Part shown: one piece after another, positions 18,576-27,753 of the stretch
Numbering within the stretch: the stretch's first letter is position 1
Layout: every line of letters begins with the position of its first letter
Sequence record: PQ595991.1
Length of the DNA: 44,183 nucleotides
Source: Escherichia phage Psq-1
Strand: one strand, 5' to 3'
Program-made: the position numbers and the translations under genes
Notes under the pieces: generated by a model
The model's input: the letters and a program-made list of their open reading frames with translations, nothing else
Databases searched by the model: none
Told to the model about the DNA's origin: nothing

Positions 18576-18602
18576 CCCTCACTACAACGTGGGGGCTTTT
18601 TT
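18576..18602 (+). terminator. rho-independent terminator or attenuator
   Basis: CCCTCAC-TACAAC-GTGGGGG hairpin (one G-U pair) followed by CTTTTTT; abuts the next start codon. Confidence 0.45.
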
Positions 18603-19202
18603 ATGTCACAAGGCACAATCACTCTAACGAACGGAAGTAAGACCGTCACGGGCGCGGGAACGGCGTTCCTGAGCGAGATCGGGAAGGTCCGCGTATTTAC
18701 CCGCATCGACGGCAACGACTACACCGGAAAAATTGCGGCATTCAACTCTGACACTGTCATCACCCTGGCTGATAACTGGGCAGGCCCGACAAAAGCCGGT
18801 GCGGCTTATGAGCTAATCGAAGCGCACGACCCGCGGTCAAGCGAATGGCCTTATTACTGGCACATGCAATTGCAAGGCGGCGGAGACGTGCAGTTGGCTT
18901 TCCGGTCCGAGGAATTGCAGTTTGGTAACGGTTACGGTCAGAACATCGCGGACGGCCCGAACGCCGAAACGAAACAGTTCCCCGTGCAATTCGTCGGGCT
19001 GACTACTGACAAATGGTGCGACCCTAAGCTGGTTTACAACTTCCTTCGCGGGCACTTTGTAAAACCGTTCATCGTCACCGCGCCGGATGGCGAGACAGGT
19101 TTATTCGTGGTCGAGCGTTCGAGCTTGTCGTACACTGACAACGGGCACTACACGGCAACGGTATCCGCCACCCTTAAAACAGCTATTGGATTCGTAAGAT
19201 GA
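18603..19202 (+). CDS. minor tail protein (lambda M position, 199 aa)
   Basis: First gene after the tape measure. N-terminus MSQGTITLTNGSKTVTGAGTAF resembles the N-terminus of the tail fibre at 26079. Confidence 0.5.
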   Translation: MSQGTITLTNGSKTVTGAGTAFLSEIGKVRVFTRIDGNDYTGKIAAFNSDTVITLADNWAGPTKAGAAYELIEAHDPRSSEWPYYWHMQLQGGGDVQLAFRSEELQFGNGYGQNIADGPNAETKQFPVQFVGLTTDKWCDPKLVYNFLRGHFVKPFIVTAPDGETGLFVVERSSLSYTDNGHYTATVSATLKTAIGFVR

Positions 19203-19987
19203 ATAAACTTTATCGCGAGGCGACACGCTTCGACCCATCGGGCCGCGTTCGCCTGATTCACATTGACGCGCAGGACGTGGAACCGGGCGACGGCGCGATC
19301 GGCGCGGGCCACCACTATTTTCACTATTGCTTTATTCCGCACACTGCCGAGGATATTGCCGCGGCTGGTGGTGACGAGGACAAGCTAAAACCTAAATCCA
19401 TCTTCTTCGGCGGGCAGGAGTTCGAATTTTGGCCCTTCGATTTGTCCGGCCTTAACTTCTCCACATCAACGGCAGCAGAACCGCAGCTGACCATCGTCGA
19501 TATTGGTGGCATTATCACCAGGCTATCGCTGAATCATGACCAGCTACTGGGCGCGAAGGTTGAAATAATCGACACGTTTGCTAAGTTCCTGGATAACGGG
19601 GCGGATCCAGACCCGACGCAAAAACGTGTCCAGGAGTATTACATCGACTCACAGGTCGGGCGCAATCCCGGCAAGCAAATAACCTTCGCGCTATCCTCCC
19701 CCGCGGATATGGAGGGGCAAGTAGTTCCACGCCGCCAGATCATGAACATGTGCGAATGGGCGCTCAATGGGAAGTATGCCAGCGGTGACGGTTGCACATG
19801 GAACCTTGCGCAGCCCGGAATCAAGTATTACGACGAGCGCGGAAATGAAGTCATCTCGATGAATATGGACCGATGCGGCGGATGCTTGTCGGACTGCTAT
19901 CTTCGTTTTGGACAAGGTCTTGCGGACCCAAAAGCGGCGGTGCTGGACTTCGGCGGTTTTCCAGGGTCCAAATTAATTAAGGGGTAG
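19199..19987 (+). CDS. minor tail protein (lambda L-like)
   Basis: 262 aa with C-terminal Cys cluster (CEWALNGKYASGDGCTWN...DRCGGCLSDC), as in gpL-type proteins; synteny. Confidence 0.7.
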   Translation: MNKLYREATRFDPSGRVRLIHIDAQDVEPGDGAIGAGHHYFHYCFIPHTAEDIAAAGGDEDKLKPKSIFFGGQEFEFWPFDLSGLNFSTSTAAEPQLTIVDIGGIITRLSLNHDQLLGAKVEIIDTFAKFLDNGADPDPTQKRVQEYYIDSQVGRNPGKQITFALSSPADMEGQVVPRRQIMNMCEWALNGKYASGDGCTWNLAQPGIKYYDERGNEVISMNMDRCGGCLSDCYLRFGQGLADPKAAVLDFGGFPGSKLIKG

Positions 19988-19989
19988 TC

Positions 19990-20730
19990 ATGTTGACGAA
20001 AAAGGTTAAAAGTGATATCGCCGCACACGTTGCGGCATGTCTGCCGGAAGAAGCCTGCGGCCTGGTTGTCATGGTGGGCCGCAAACAAGTTTTTATCCCG
20101 TGCCTTAACGTGTTCGAAGACCCCACCGGCGCGCGCTCTCGAAAGGACGCGTTTACAATTAGCGATATGGCCTGGATGGATGCCGAGGATATGGGCGACG
20201 TCGTGCGCGTAGTCCACTCGCACCCAGGTCAGCGCGAGTTAACCCCGTCGTTGGGCGACGTTAACGGATGCAACGGCAGCGGCGTCGTCTGGGCCATCAC
20301 TAACGAATATGGCGACTTTATCGAGATCGACCCTGAAGATCCTCCGCTGGTGGGGCGTCGATTTGTTCTCGGAATTACGGATTGTTACGGCCTCGTCATG
20401 GACTGGCACAAAAAGCAGGGAGTAAACCTGCCAGACTTCCGCGTGCCATATAACTGGTGGGAGACAGGCGAGAATCTGTATATGGATAATTGGTACGGCG
20501 CGGGCTTCAGGGAGTGTGAGGAAAATACGCCGGGGGCAATGGTAATTATGAAAATCAGCGCGCCAGTACCTAACCATGCCGGGATATTCCTTCCAGGCAA
20601 CCAACTACTACACCATATCTACGGCAGTCTGTCGAGTGTGATACCCTTCCGGTCAGGATTTTTCCGCGACAATGTGGTTAAATGGGTACGTCATAAAGAC
20701 CTACCGGGGAATATAACAGAATGGCAATGA
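19990..20730 (+). CDS. tail assembly protein (lambda K-like; JAB/MPN plus NlpC/P60)
   Basis: JAB motif VHSHPGQ and NlpC/P60-like Cys in GITDCYGLV. Confidence 0.75.
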   Translation: MLTKKVKSDIAAHVAACLPEEACGLVVMVGRKQVFIPCLNVFEDPTGARSRKDAFTISDMAWMDAEDMGDVVRVVHSHPGQRELTPSLGDVNGCNGSGVVWAITNEYGDFIEIDPEDPPLVGRRFVLGITDCYGLVMDWHKKQGVNLPDFRVPYNWWETGENLYMDNWYGAGFRECEENTPGAMVIMKISAPVPNHAGIFLPGNQLLHHIYGSLSSVIPFRSGFFRDNVVKWVRHKDLPGNITEWQ

Positions 20731-21338
20731 CCACATTTAAATTATACGGCGTTTTAGGACGTCGATTCGGTAAAGTGCATAAGCTGGATTGCTTCACTCC
20801 TGGCGAGGGTATCACCGGCCTGTGCGTGAAGTTACCCGGCTTACAGGACTTTCTAATGTCGGCACACCTGGACAATATAATGTTCAAGGTGCGCAAAGGC
20901 GACCACACGATGACCGGCTATGATGAGTTGGGCGAGTTCCACGGCAACCGCGTAGTTACCATCGCTCCGGTTATGACGGGCGCAAAAAGAGGTCTGGGCC
21001 AATTGCTGGCGGGTGTGGCAATAGTGGTGGCGTCGTTCTATACCGGCGGACTTGCTACCGCCGCTTTTGGGGCTTCGGCTGCAACCGCTGCCGCTATCGG
21101 AACGGCGACGTTTTCGTTCGGGATGTCGATGGCGCTGGGTGGCGTTATGCAATTGCTATCGCCACAGCCGAAAGGATTGCAGACACGGCAGGACGTGGAT
21201 AACAAAGCGTCGTATGCGTTCGGCGGACCGGTAAACACGACCGCACAAGGTACGGCACTTGGTGTATTATGGGGCGAGCGTGAGATCGGCGGCGCTATTA
21301 TTTCAGCCGGAATCGTAACCGAGGACTTGAACGAATGA
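20721..21338 (+). CDS. tail assembly protein (lambda I-like)
   Basis: 205 aa with Gly/Ala-rich hydrophobic core; position between K-like and J-like genes. Confidence 0.65.
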   Translation: MAMTTFKLYGVLGRRFGKVHKLDCFTPGEGITGLCVKLPGLQDFLMSAHLDNIMFKVRKGDHTMTGYDELGEFHGNRVVTIAPVMTGAKRGLGQLLAGVAIVVASFYTGGLATAAFGASAATAAAIGTATFSFGMSMALGGVMQLLSPQPKGLQTRQDVDNKASYAFGGPVNTTAQGTALGVLWGEREIGGAIISAGIVTEDLNE

Positions 21339-24300
21339 CGATTGTATACGACGTCACAGGCCATAAAGGCGGCGGAGGCAAACAGCACACCCCACAGGAG
21401 ACGCCAGATAGCCTGCATTCGCTGGCTAAAATCCGCATCTTGCTGGCGCTGGGTGAAGGGGAATTCGAAAGTATTACCAGCGCCAGCGAATTGCGGCAGC
21501 GTGTATATCTGGACGGAACACCGATCCAGAATGCTGACCTGTCCGAAAACTTCCCCGGCGCTCGTGTGGAGTTCCGCCCCGGAACCCAGCACCAGGATGT
21601 GATCCACGGATTTTCGGCGGTGGAAAGTGAGCAATCCGTAGGTGTAAAACTGGAAAACGGTACGCCGTGGGTGCGCCAGATTAACGACACCAGTCTTGAC
21701 GCCGTGCGCGTTCGCATCGGCATTCCTGCCCTGTACACTAGCGAAGATAATGGCGACCTGGTGGGCGGGCGCATCGACTATAAGATCGTTGTGTATACGG
21801 ATAACGCCGACCCGCGTGAGTTTACCTTCGCTGCCGTTGGTAAAACAATGTCGTTATACGAGCGCGATCACCGCATCGAGCTACCGCCGAACGTTAACAC
21901 CGGCTGGCGCGTGGAGGTGCACCGCATAACGGCAGACTCCACATCGGCAAAAGTGGTTAACGATATCCAGGTGCAATCTATTACTGAGATTATCGACGCC
22001 CGTCTTCGCTACCCGCTAACCGCGCTGTTGTTCGTGGAGTTCGACGCTAAAGCGTTCCAGAATATCCCGCGCGTGTCCATTAAGTGCAAAGGCCGCAAAG
22101 TTCTAATACCGAACAACTATGACCCGATTACTCATACCTATTCGGGGGACTGGGACGGCACGTTTAGACGCGCATGGACGGATAACCCTGCGTGGCACTG
22201 GTACGATATTTGTATTACGGAACGCTTCGGCCTCGGGCGCCGGATCAAACCGCAAATGCTGAACCGATACGCGCTCTACCAGATTGCGCAGCGCTGCGAT
22301 CAACTGGTCAGCGACGGCAACGGTGGTCGAGAAATCCGCTTTAAGAATGATATGTACATTCAGTCACAGACGGATGCCTGGACCGTGCTTAAGGATTTGG
22401 CTGCCATCTTCGCCGGGATGACTTGGTGGGGCAACCAGATGTTGAATATCGTCAGTGACCAACCGGTCGCAGCAGTGTCGCACACTATCACCAACGCCTC
22501 GGTAATTGATGGTAGATTCGACTACGCATCTGGCAGCCAGAAAACGCGGTACTCCACTTTCGCGGTGGCCTACGGCAACCCGAAAAACCACTATGATGAC
22601 GCTATCGCAACGGGCCAGCGCGTCGAACTGGTGCGCCGCCATAAGATTAACCGTCTTGATATCACGGCGATCGGCTGTACGCGCGAGTCAGAAGCGCAAC
22701 GCCGTGGGCACTGGGCGCTAATATCCAACCAGCTTGACCAGCAGGTCAGCTTCAAGGTTGGCATGGAAGGTCTATTCTTCATTCCGGGTAGCGTAGTCGC
22801 GATCGCAGATACTAATATTTCTGGCGGATTCGAGACTCGCGGCGGTCGCCTATTGTCAGACCCTGGCACGCGTACCGTGCTGAACACAGACAGCGAAATC
22901 ACATTCCGCCCTGGTGATAAGTTCCTGGTGCGCACCGATAGCGGAAATGTGGAGACTCGCGAGATCGCCAGCGTCAACGGCAACAAGGTCACGCTAAAAA
23001 CCGCACTGGATGCCGACCCGATTCCAGACCAACCGTTTTGCGTTGATGGCGATGATATCCAGTTGCAAAAATTCCGCATCACCGACCTTGAGTATGACGA
23101 CTCTACCAGCACTTTCTCGGTGCGCGGGATTGAGTACAACGATAGCAAGTATGATGCCGTTGATAATGGCGCTCGCCTTGATCCTGGCATCTTTACGCAA
23201 GTGCCTGACGGCGTAATGAAGGGGCCGGAGTCTGTGACCATCACACCGTCGCAGATCTCATCGCAAGGCCAGCTAATCACCAACGTGGATATTGTTTTCC
23301 CGCCGGTGAAGGATGCCGTGGTGTATGAAATCCAGTGGCGGCGTACAAGCCTGCAGAATATGGCGGTCCAGTGGGGTAACGACTGGGTGAATATCCCCCG
23401 CACGGCATCGAACGGCGCTCACATCCCTAACGTGTTCTCCGGTAACTACCAGGCGCGCGTCCGCGCGATCGGTATGGGCGAGATTTCATCCCCGTGGGTA
23501 TCGTCCGCTATCACGCCGGTGGAAGGTCGCCTCGGCGGGCTTAACGCACCAATCATCACCATCGCGATTTCGGGTCTGCATCAAATTCTATGGAAGTGGA
23601 ACCACAACAACGCCGCTACGGATATTTCTTACACCGAGCTTGAAGTCCGCAAGACGGGCGAAACGGAATGGAAGTTCTTAACAAACGTCCCGTATCCTGG
23701 CGCGGAGTACGCGCAAACGTCGCTGGAGTTCGGAATTTACCAGCAGTTGCGCGCCCGTGTAGCGGATAAAATTGGCAACCTGTCGGACTGGTCGGCCCCG
23801 TTTGAAGGGCAGGTGAGTGACAAAGTTGACGAGTACATGAAGGGGCTTGATGACGAGTTCTTGACTTCCGAGGATGGTAAACACTTCCAGGAAGCAATCG
23901 ACACCATTCCTCAAGGCATTTATGAGTCTATGCTAACGGACGCACAGCAATTGATTAACGCCCGCTCCGAGTATCAAGGGATTTATGCGGAAATCAAGGT
24001 GGCGTATAACGTTGCCACGGACGCCCACAAGGCAGTAGCGCAACTGGAAACGTTGATCGGCACACGACTTGATGATGCGGAGGCGTCAATCCACACGTTG
24101 CAGACAGCGCAAAGCACGCACGAACAAGCGTTCGCCCAGTACCAACAAACTGTCGCCGCTAAGTTTGGGGAACAGGAAGCCGCCATCCAGCAGGTACAAA
24201 CGGCAACGGCAGACGTAGCTGGCGCACTGGCGGAGTACAAGACCCAGGTCGCGGCACAGTTCGGTCAGCAGTCCGCCGCTATTGAGCAGAAGATGACGTC

Positions 24301-24781
24301 CACGTTTAACCATGCGGGTGGTAGCGCCACTTATAGCCTTAAGGCTGGCGTGACGTATAACGGGGCTTACTATGATGCCGGTATGCAGCTTTCAGTTGTT
24401 GCGGAAGGTGGCGCGGTTAAATCCCGCATCGCGTTCAAGGCGGACCAGTTCTACATCATGCACCCATCTAATGGGTCGCTTTCGTCCGCGTTTATCGTTG
24501 ACGGCGGTCAGGTGTACATTGACACCGCACGCATCAAGAACGCGTCTATCAACTTCGCGCAGATCACGGACACGCTGCAGTCGAATAACTGGAATCCAGG
24601 CAACAGTGGCTGGCGTATCGCGAAGGATGGCGGGGCGGAGTTCAACAACGTAACGGTACGAGGCAACTTGTTCGCTACTACTGGTAACTTCGGATTCTCT
24701 GGAGGGTCGGTACAGATCGACGCCACCGGCATTAACGTGCCGTTACCTGGCGGGGGTAGGGTGAAAGTGGGGACGTGGTAA
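21335..24781 (+). CDS. central tail fibre / host specificity protein (lambda J-like, 1148 aa)
   Basis: Size, position after the I-like gene, and N-terminal region typical of J-family tip proteins. Confidence 0.85.
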   Translation: MTIVYDVTGHKGGGGKQHTPQETPDSLHSLAKIRILLALGEGEFESITSASELRQRVYLDGTPIQNADLSENFPGARVEFRPGTQHQDVIHGFSAVESEQSVGVKLENGTPWVRQINDTSLDAVRVRIGIPALYTSEDNGDLVGGRIDYKIVVYTDNADPREFTFAAVGKTMSLYERDHRIELPPNVNTGWRVEVHRITADSTSAKVVNDIQVQSITEIIDARLRYPLTALLFVEFDAKAFQNIPRVSIKCKGRKVLIPNNYDPITHTYSGDWDGTFRRAWTDNPAWHWYDICITERFGLGRRIKPQMLNRYALYQIAQRCDQLVSDGNGGREIRFKNDMYIQSQTDAWTVLKDLAAIFAGMTWWGNQMLNIVSDQPVAAVSHTITNASVIDGRFDYASGSQKTRYSTFAVAYGNPKNHYDDAIATGQRVELVRRHKINRLDITAIGCTRESEAQRRGHWALISNQLDQQVSFKVGMEGLFFIPGSVVAIADTNISGGFETRGGRLLSDPGTRTVLNTDSEITFRPGDKFLVRTDSGNVETREIASVNGNKVTLKTALDADPIPDQPFCVDGDDIQLQKFRITDLEYDDSTSTFSVRGIEYNDSKYDAVDNGARLDPGIFTQVPDGVMKGPESVTITPSQISSQGQLITNVDIVFPPVKDAVVYEIQWRRTSLQNMAVQWGNDWVNIPRTASNGAHIPNVFSGNYQARVRAIGMGEISSPWVSSAITPVEGRLGGLNAPIITIAISGLHQILWKWNHNNAATDISYTELEVRKTGETEWKFLTNVPYPGAEYAQTSLEFGIYQQLRARVADKIGNLSDWSAPFEGQVSDKVDEYMKGLDDEFLTSEDGKHFQEAIDTIPQGIYESMLTDAQQLINARSEYQGIYAEIKVAYNVATDAHKAVAQLETLIGTRLDDAEASIHTLQTAQSTHEQAFAQYQQTVAAKFGEQEAAIQQVQTATADVAGALAEYKTQVAAQFGQQSAAIEQKMTSTFNHAGGSATYSLKAGVTYNGAYYDAGMQLSVVAEGGAVKSRIAFKADQFYIMHPSNGSLSSAFIVDGGQVYIDTARIKNASINFAQITDTLQSNNWNPGNSGWRIAKDGGAEFNNVTVRGNLFATTGNFGFSGGSVQIDATGINVPLPGGGRVKVGTW

Positions 24782-24788
24782 AGGAGAA

Positions 24789-24810
24789 GGGGCCATCCGG
24801 CCCCTTTTTT
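24789..24810. terminator. bidirectional rho-independent terminator
   Basis: GGGGCC-ATCC-GGCCCC hairpin with TTTTTT downstream on plus and an A-run on the other side, between convergent genes. Confidence 0.6.
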
Positions 24811-25774
24811 AATAGATGTTAGGAATTACGAGTAACGGGGTGGGTACTGCAATATTTTTACCCGGCATTTGGAATTGCTGCCGTGAATAGTTGCCGATTA
24901 CCCGGTTTTTGGCAATGCGCACATTACCGCCTGCCATTCGAATCCCGTTCATTCGAACGTGATTGTAGCCGCCGTTGTTCTCAATGAGCGCGCCGGTATA
25001 CGAAAGCTGGACCAGGCTATTGCCTATGTACTGATCGCCGCCGCCGATATAGATAAGGCGGTCATAAACAAATGGCTTATTCACTGTTGAGAACGTGACC
25101 TGACCCTGGTTGTTTGTCATGGTTATGCCGTTTCCAGGGGTGGGTGGCGTATTGTTGAATATAACCAGGTCCATTTCAACGGCAGCGCCTACGTCGTCAA
25201 TCCCACCATAGGACGCATTACGGACGATAATACTTCCGCCATCGAAGCCGACCGACACGTTTCCGTCGTCCCAGCGCGCGAATGGGACACCACCTACAGG
25301 TAACGGCATACTTCCGTTCACCCACACGCGCTGCGCATATTGGCAGGTCATTAGCCTGGATACATTTGATATGGCGGTGAAGTCCGTCGAGTTCGCCACC
25401 AGTAACCCTGCGTTGCGCGAACCCACCGGCAACACTTCCATGATCACCCCGCCCCATGTTGGAAGCCCGCTATATGCGCCATATGCGTCTTCACCTCGCA
25501 AGGTGATTCCGCCATCCCCGTTACGTTGTACTGAGGTGACGTAGAAAGGGTCGGGCAAGACCAGTGTCTGGTCGAATACTTCTATAACTTCAACGGGGCT
25601 TGTGAGCGCGACGACCAGATCTGACCCTGGCGTTAGCTGAGTGTTAATAGTAAGCGTCTTATCAGACTGGCAGCGCTGATAGAATGAGGTACAGAATGAC
25701 GGAGCGCGAAGTCCGGCTGTTATCTCCATCACCGGCCTTCCGTCGTTGTAGTCTATAAGTATTCCAGCGCCCAT
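24809..25774 (-). CDS. hypothetical Gly/Asn-rich protein, possible receptor-binding protein (321 aa)
   Basis: ATG 25774 with GGGAG upstream, overlapping the stop of the lipoprotein gene; beta-rich composition (GGGDQYIGNS, NNGGYNH); antisense between J and the tail fibre. Product assignment is by analogy only. Confidence 0.4.
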   Translation of the reverse strand: MGAGILIDYNDGRPVMEITAGLRAPSFCTSFYQRCQSDKTLTINTQLTPGSDLVVALTSPVEVIEVFDQTLVLPDPFYVTSVQRNGDGGITLRGEDAYGAYSGLPTWGGVIMEVLPVGSRNAGLLVANSTDFTAISNVSRLMTCQYAQRVWVNGSMPLPVGGVPFARWDDGNVSVGFDGGSIIVRNASYGGIDDVGAAVEMDLVIFNNTPPTPGNGITMTNNQGQVTFSTVNKPFVYDRLIYIGGGDQYIGNSLVQLSYTGALIENNGGYNHVRMNGIRMAGGNVRIAKNRVIGNYSRQQFQMPGKNIAVPTPLLVIPNIY

Positions 25775-25776
25775 AA

Positions 25777-25998
25777 TTACCACTCCCGAGATTTAACTGA
25801 TACCGTACCAGAGAAGTTGCCGTCACTATCCGCGGACAGGCCGGTGAAGCGCATGTCGACCTCCCCAGCAGGGACTTTTTGCCCGTCAACGTAGCGCAAC
25901 ATGCAGCTTCCGTAAGCTACCGTAATGCAATCGCCGTTGTTACGCTCTACCGCGCAGCCGGACAGAAGAACCGCACAAATCACAATTAATGTTTTCAT
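25777..25998 (-). CDS. small lipoprotein, Llp/Cor-like superinfection-exclusion candidate (73 aa)
   Basis: ATG 25998 with AGGGGA upstream; signal peptide MKTLIVICAVLLSGC with lipobox LSGC; four further Cys in the mature part. Confidence 0.6.
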   Translation of the reverse strand: MKTLIVICAVLLSGCAVERNNGDCITVAYGSCMLRYVDGQKVPAGEVDMRFTGLSADSDGNFSGTVSVKSREW

Positions 25999-26078
25999 GG
26001 TATCATCCCCTATATTTGGTTGAGTTTTAGTATTGCACCGCTCAACCAAGAATGCAACCAATTTATGAGGATTCAGCT

Positions 26079-27719
26079 ATGGCAGCGGGTACACTATCCG
26101 TAACGAATAACAGCAAGGCGGTTGTCGGGGTAGGCACGACGTTTACCACGTTTACCGCTGGCGACTTCTTAACTCTGGTGGTGGGGCAAGTGCCTTACAC
26201 TGTTGCTATCGCGTCCGTCGAAAGCGACACCGCGATTACGCTTGTGCTTCCGTTCGACGGCCCCACGGCAACCGGCCTCGCGTGGGATGGCGTTAAGCGC
26301 GATACCATGTCGCTGGCAACGATGGGCGTAACAGTACAGGCACAGAAAGCGTTGCGCTTGATGATCGCTGACGAAAACAACTGGCGTGCAATCTTCGGAG
26401 ACGAAGAAGAAGTCACGGTAACGCTGCCGAACGGGCAAGTTATGCAAGGTATGGCATGGGGCTACCTGTCACAATTGATGAGGCAGATCGACCCCGTTGA
26501 AATGCGCAACCTGCAACAACAAGCCGCGGCATCTGAAGCAGCAGCGCAAGGATTTCGCAATGAGGCCGAAGGCTTCAAGACTGAGACGGCGGGGATCCGC
26601 GACGCCACCAACCAGATTAAGGCGGATACGCAGGCTATCCGCGACGCCACCAACCAGATTAAGGCGGATACGCAGGCTATCCACGACGCCACCAATACCA
26701 TCAAGACGCAGACGGCCCAGATTAAGACTGACACCGGCGTTATTCGCGATGAGGCCAATGCCGCGAAGGCTGAAGCGCAATCCGCCCGAGATGCCGCGCT
26801 GGGATATCGGAACGAGGCCGAACAATTCAAGAATGAGATTGACCCGTCTAACTTTCTGGCAAAGGGTGGCAACCTGGCTGGGTTAACTGACTTGTCCGAG
26901 TCGCGGGATAACTTGGGTTTAGGAGCGTTGGCGACTAAAGATTCGGCGGCGCTAAACTCCACAGATACGACCGGTATTCTGCCCTTAGATAAGGGCGGTT
27001 TAGGCGCTGGTACCATCCCTGGCGCACGGGAGACGATGCATATTTATGGTCATGACGCTACGTTCGGGACCATAAATAATATCCTCACATACTTCAACAA
27101 TATTGCGGGTAACGGCGGACTCTTCTCGTTTCGAGATGGTGCCGTTGACGCCACTAACACCTACAAATTCGGCTCAGCAATACTGTTTCGCTCAGCCGAC
27201 ACCTACGGACTGTTAAGTGTTGACCACAACAACGGAAACGTTAGAGCATCCGGTGGTGTAGTTTCTGGTGGGATCGCGGCCACAGCATACATCAACAACC
27301 TGTGGGGTACGCGTAACACCACCGTAGACGGTAACGGGTTTATTAAAACCGCGTCGCCCATCGTCAAGATCTTCAGTGACGGTGCCGCGGAGACTAACGA
27401 CGAGGCCGAAGGCGTTACGGTGACTCGCATATCTGCGGGGGTGTATGTTGTGGAGGGGTGTCTAGGCCTCAACTCAGACCCATCCTGGGGCGGGCCTGAC
27501 GGCGGGATTGAGATTCCGACGGACGTGAACAAGCAGCCTCGTTTATGGGTTGATTATAAAGTGCGCGCTGACGGCTCTGTGGAGGTACGCACATACCACC
27601 GAACACACCCACACGCTCCAGCATTCGCAAGAAATGAGATAGAAGGTGTGGCGGAAGGGGACCCGGTTGATATACCGCGTGGCACGTTCATATCTGTTCG
27701 GGTTAATATGCCTGAGTAA
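26079..27719 (+). CDS. tail fibre protein (546 aa)
   Basis: ATG 26079 with GAGGA upstream; coiled-coil shaft with 14-aa repeats (IRDATNQIKADTQA), Gly-rich C-terminal domain. Confidence 0.7.
   Translation: MAAGTLSVTNNSKAVVGVGTTFTTFTAGDFLTLVVGQVPYTVAIASVESDTAITLVLPFDGPTATGLAWDGVKRDTMSLATMGVTVQAQKALRLMIADENNWRAIFGDEEEVTVTLPNGQVMQGMAWGYLSQLMRQIDPVEMRNLQQQAAASEAAAQGFRNEAEGFKTETAGIRDATNQIKADTQAIRDATNQIKADTQAIHDATNTIKTQTAQIKTDTGVIRDEANAAKAEAQSARDAALGYRNEAEQFKNEIDPSNFLAKGGNLAGLTDLSESRDNLGLGALATKDSAALNSTDTTGILPLDKGGLGAGTIPGARETMHIYGHDATFGTINNILTYFNNIAGNGGLFSFRDGAVDATNTYKFGSAILFRSADTYGLLSVDHNNGNVRASGGVVSGGIAATAYINNLWGTRNTTVDGNGFIKTASPIVKIFSDGAAETNDEAEGVTVTRISAGVYVVEGCLGLNSDPSWGGPDGGIEIPTDVNKQPRLWVDYKVRADGSVEVRTYHRTHPHAPAFARNEIEGVAEGDPVDIPRGTFISVRVNMPE
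26595..26678 (+). repeat. perfect 42-bp tandem duplication inside the tail fibre gene
   Basis: ATCCGCGACGCCACCAACCAGATTAAGGCGGATACGCAGGCT twice (26595-26636, 26637-26678), followed by a degenerate third unit. Confidence 0.85.
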
Positions 27720-27731
27720 AGCATAATGCGA

Positions 27732-27753
27732 AGGGGCCATTCGGCCCCTTTTT
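27732..27753. terminator. bidirectional rho-independent terminator
   Basis: AGGGGCC-ATTC-GGCCCCT hairpin followed by TTTTT, between convergent genes. Confidence 0.6.
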
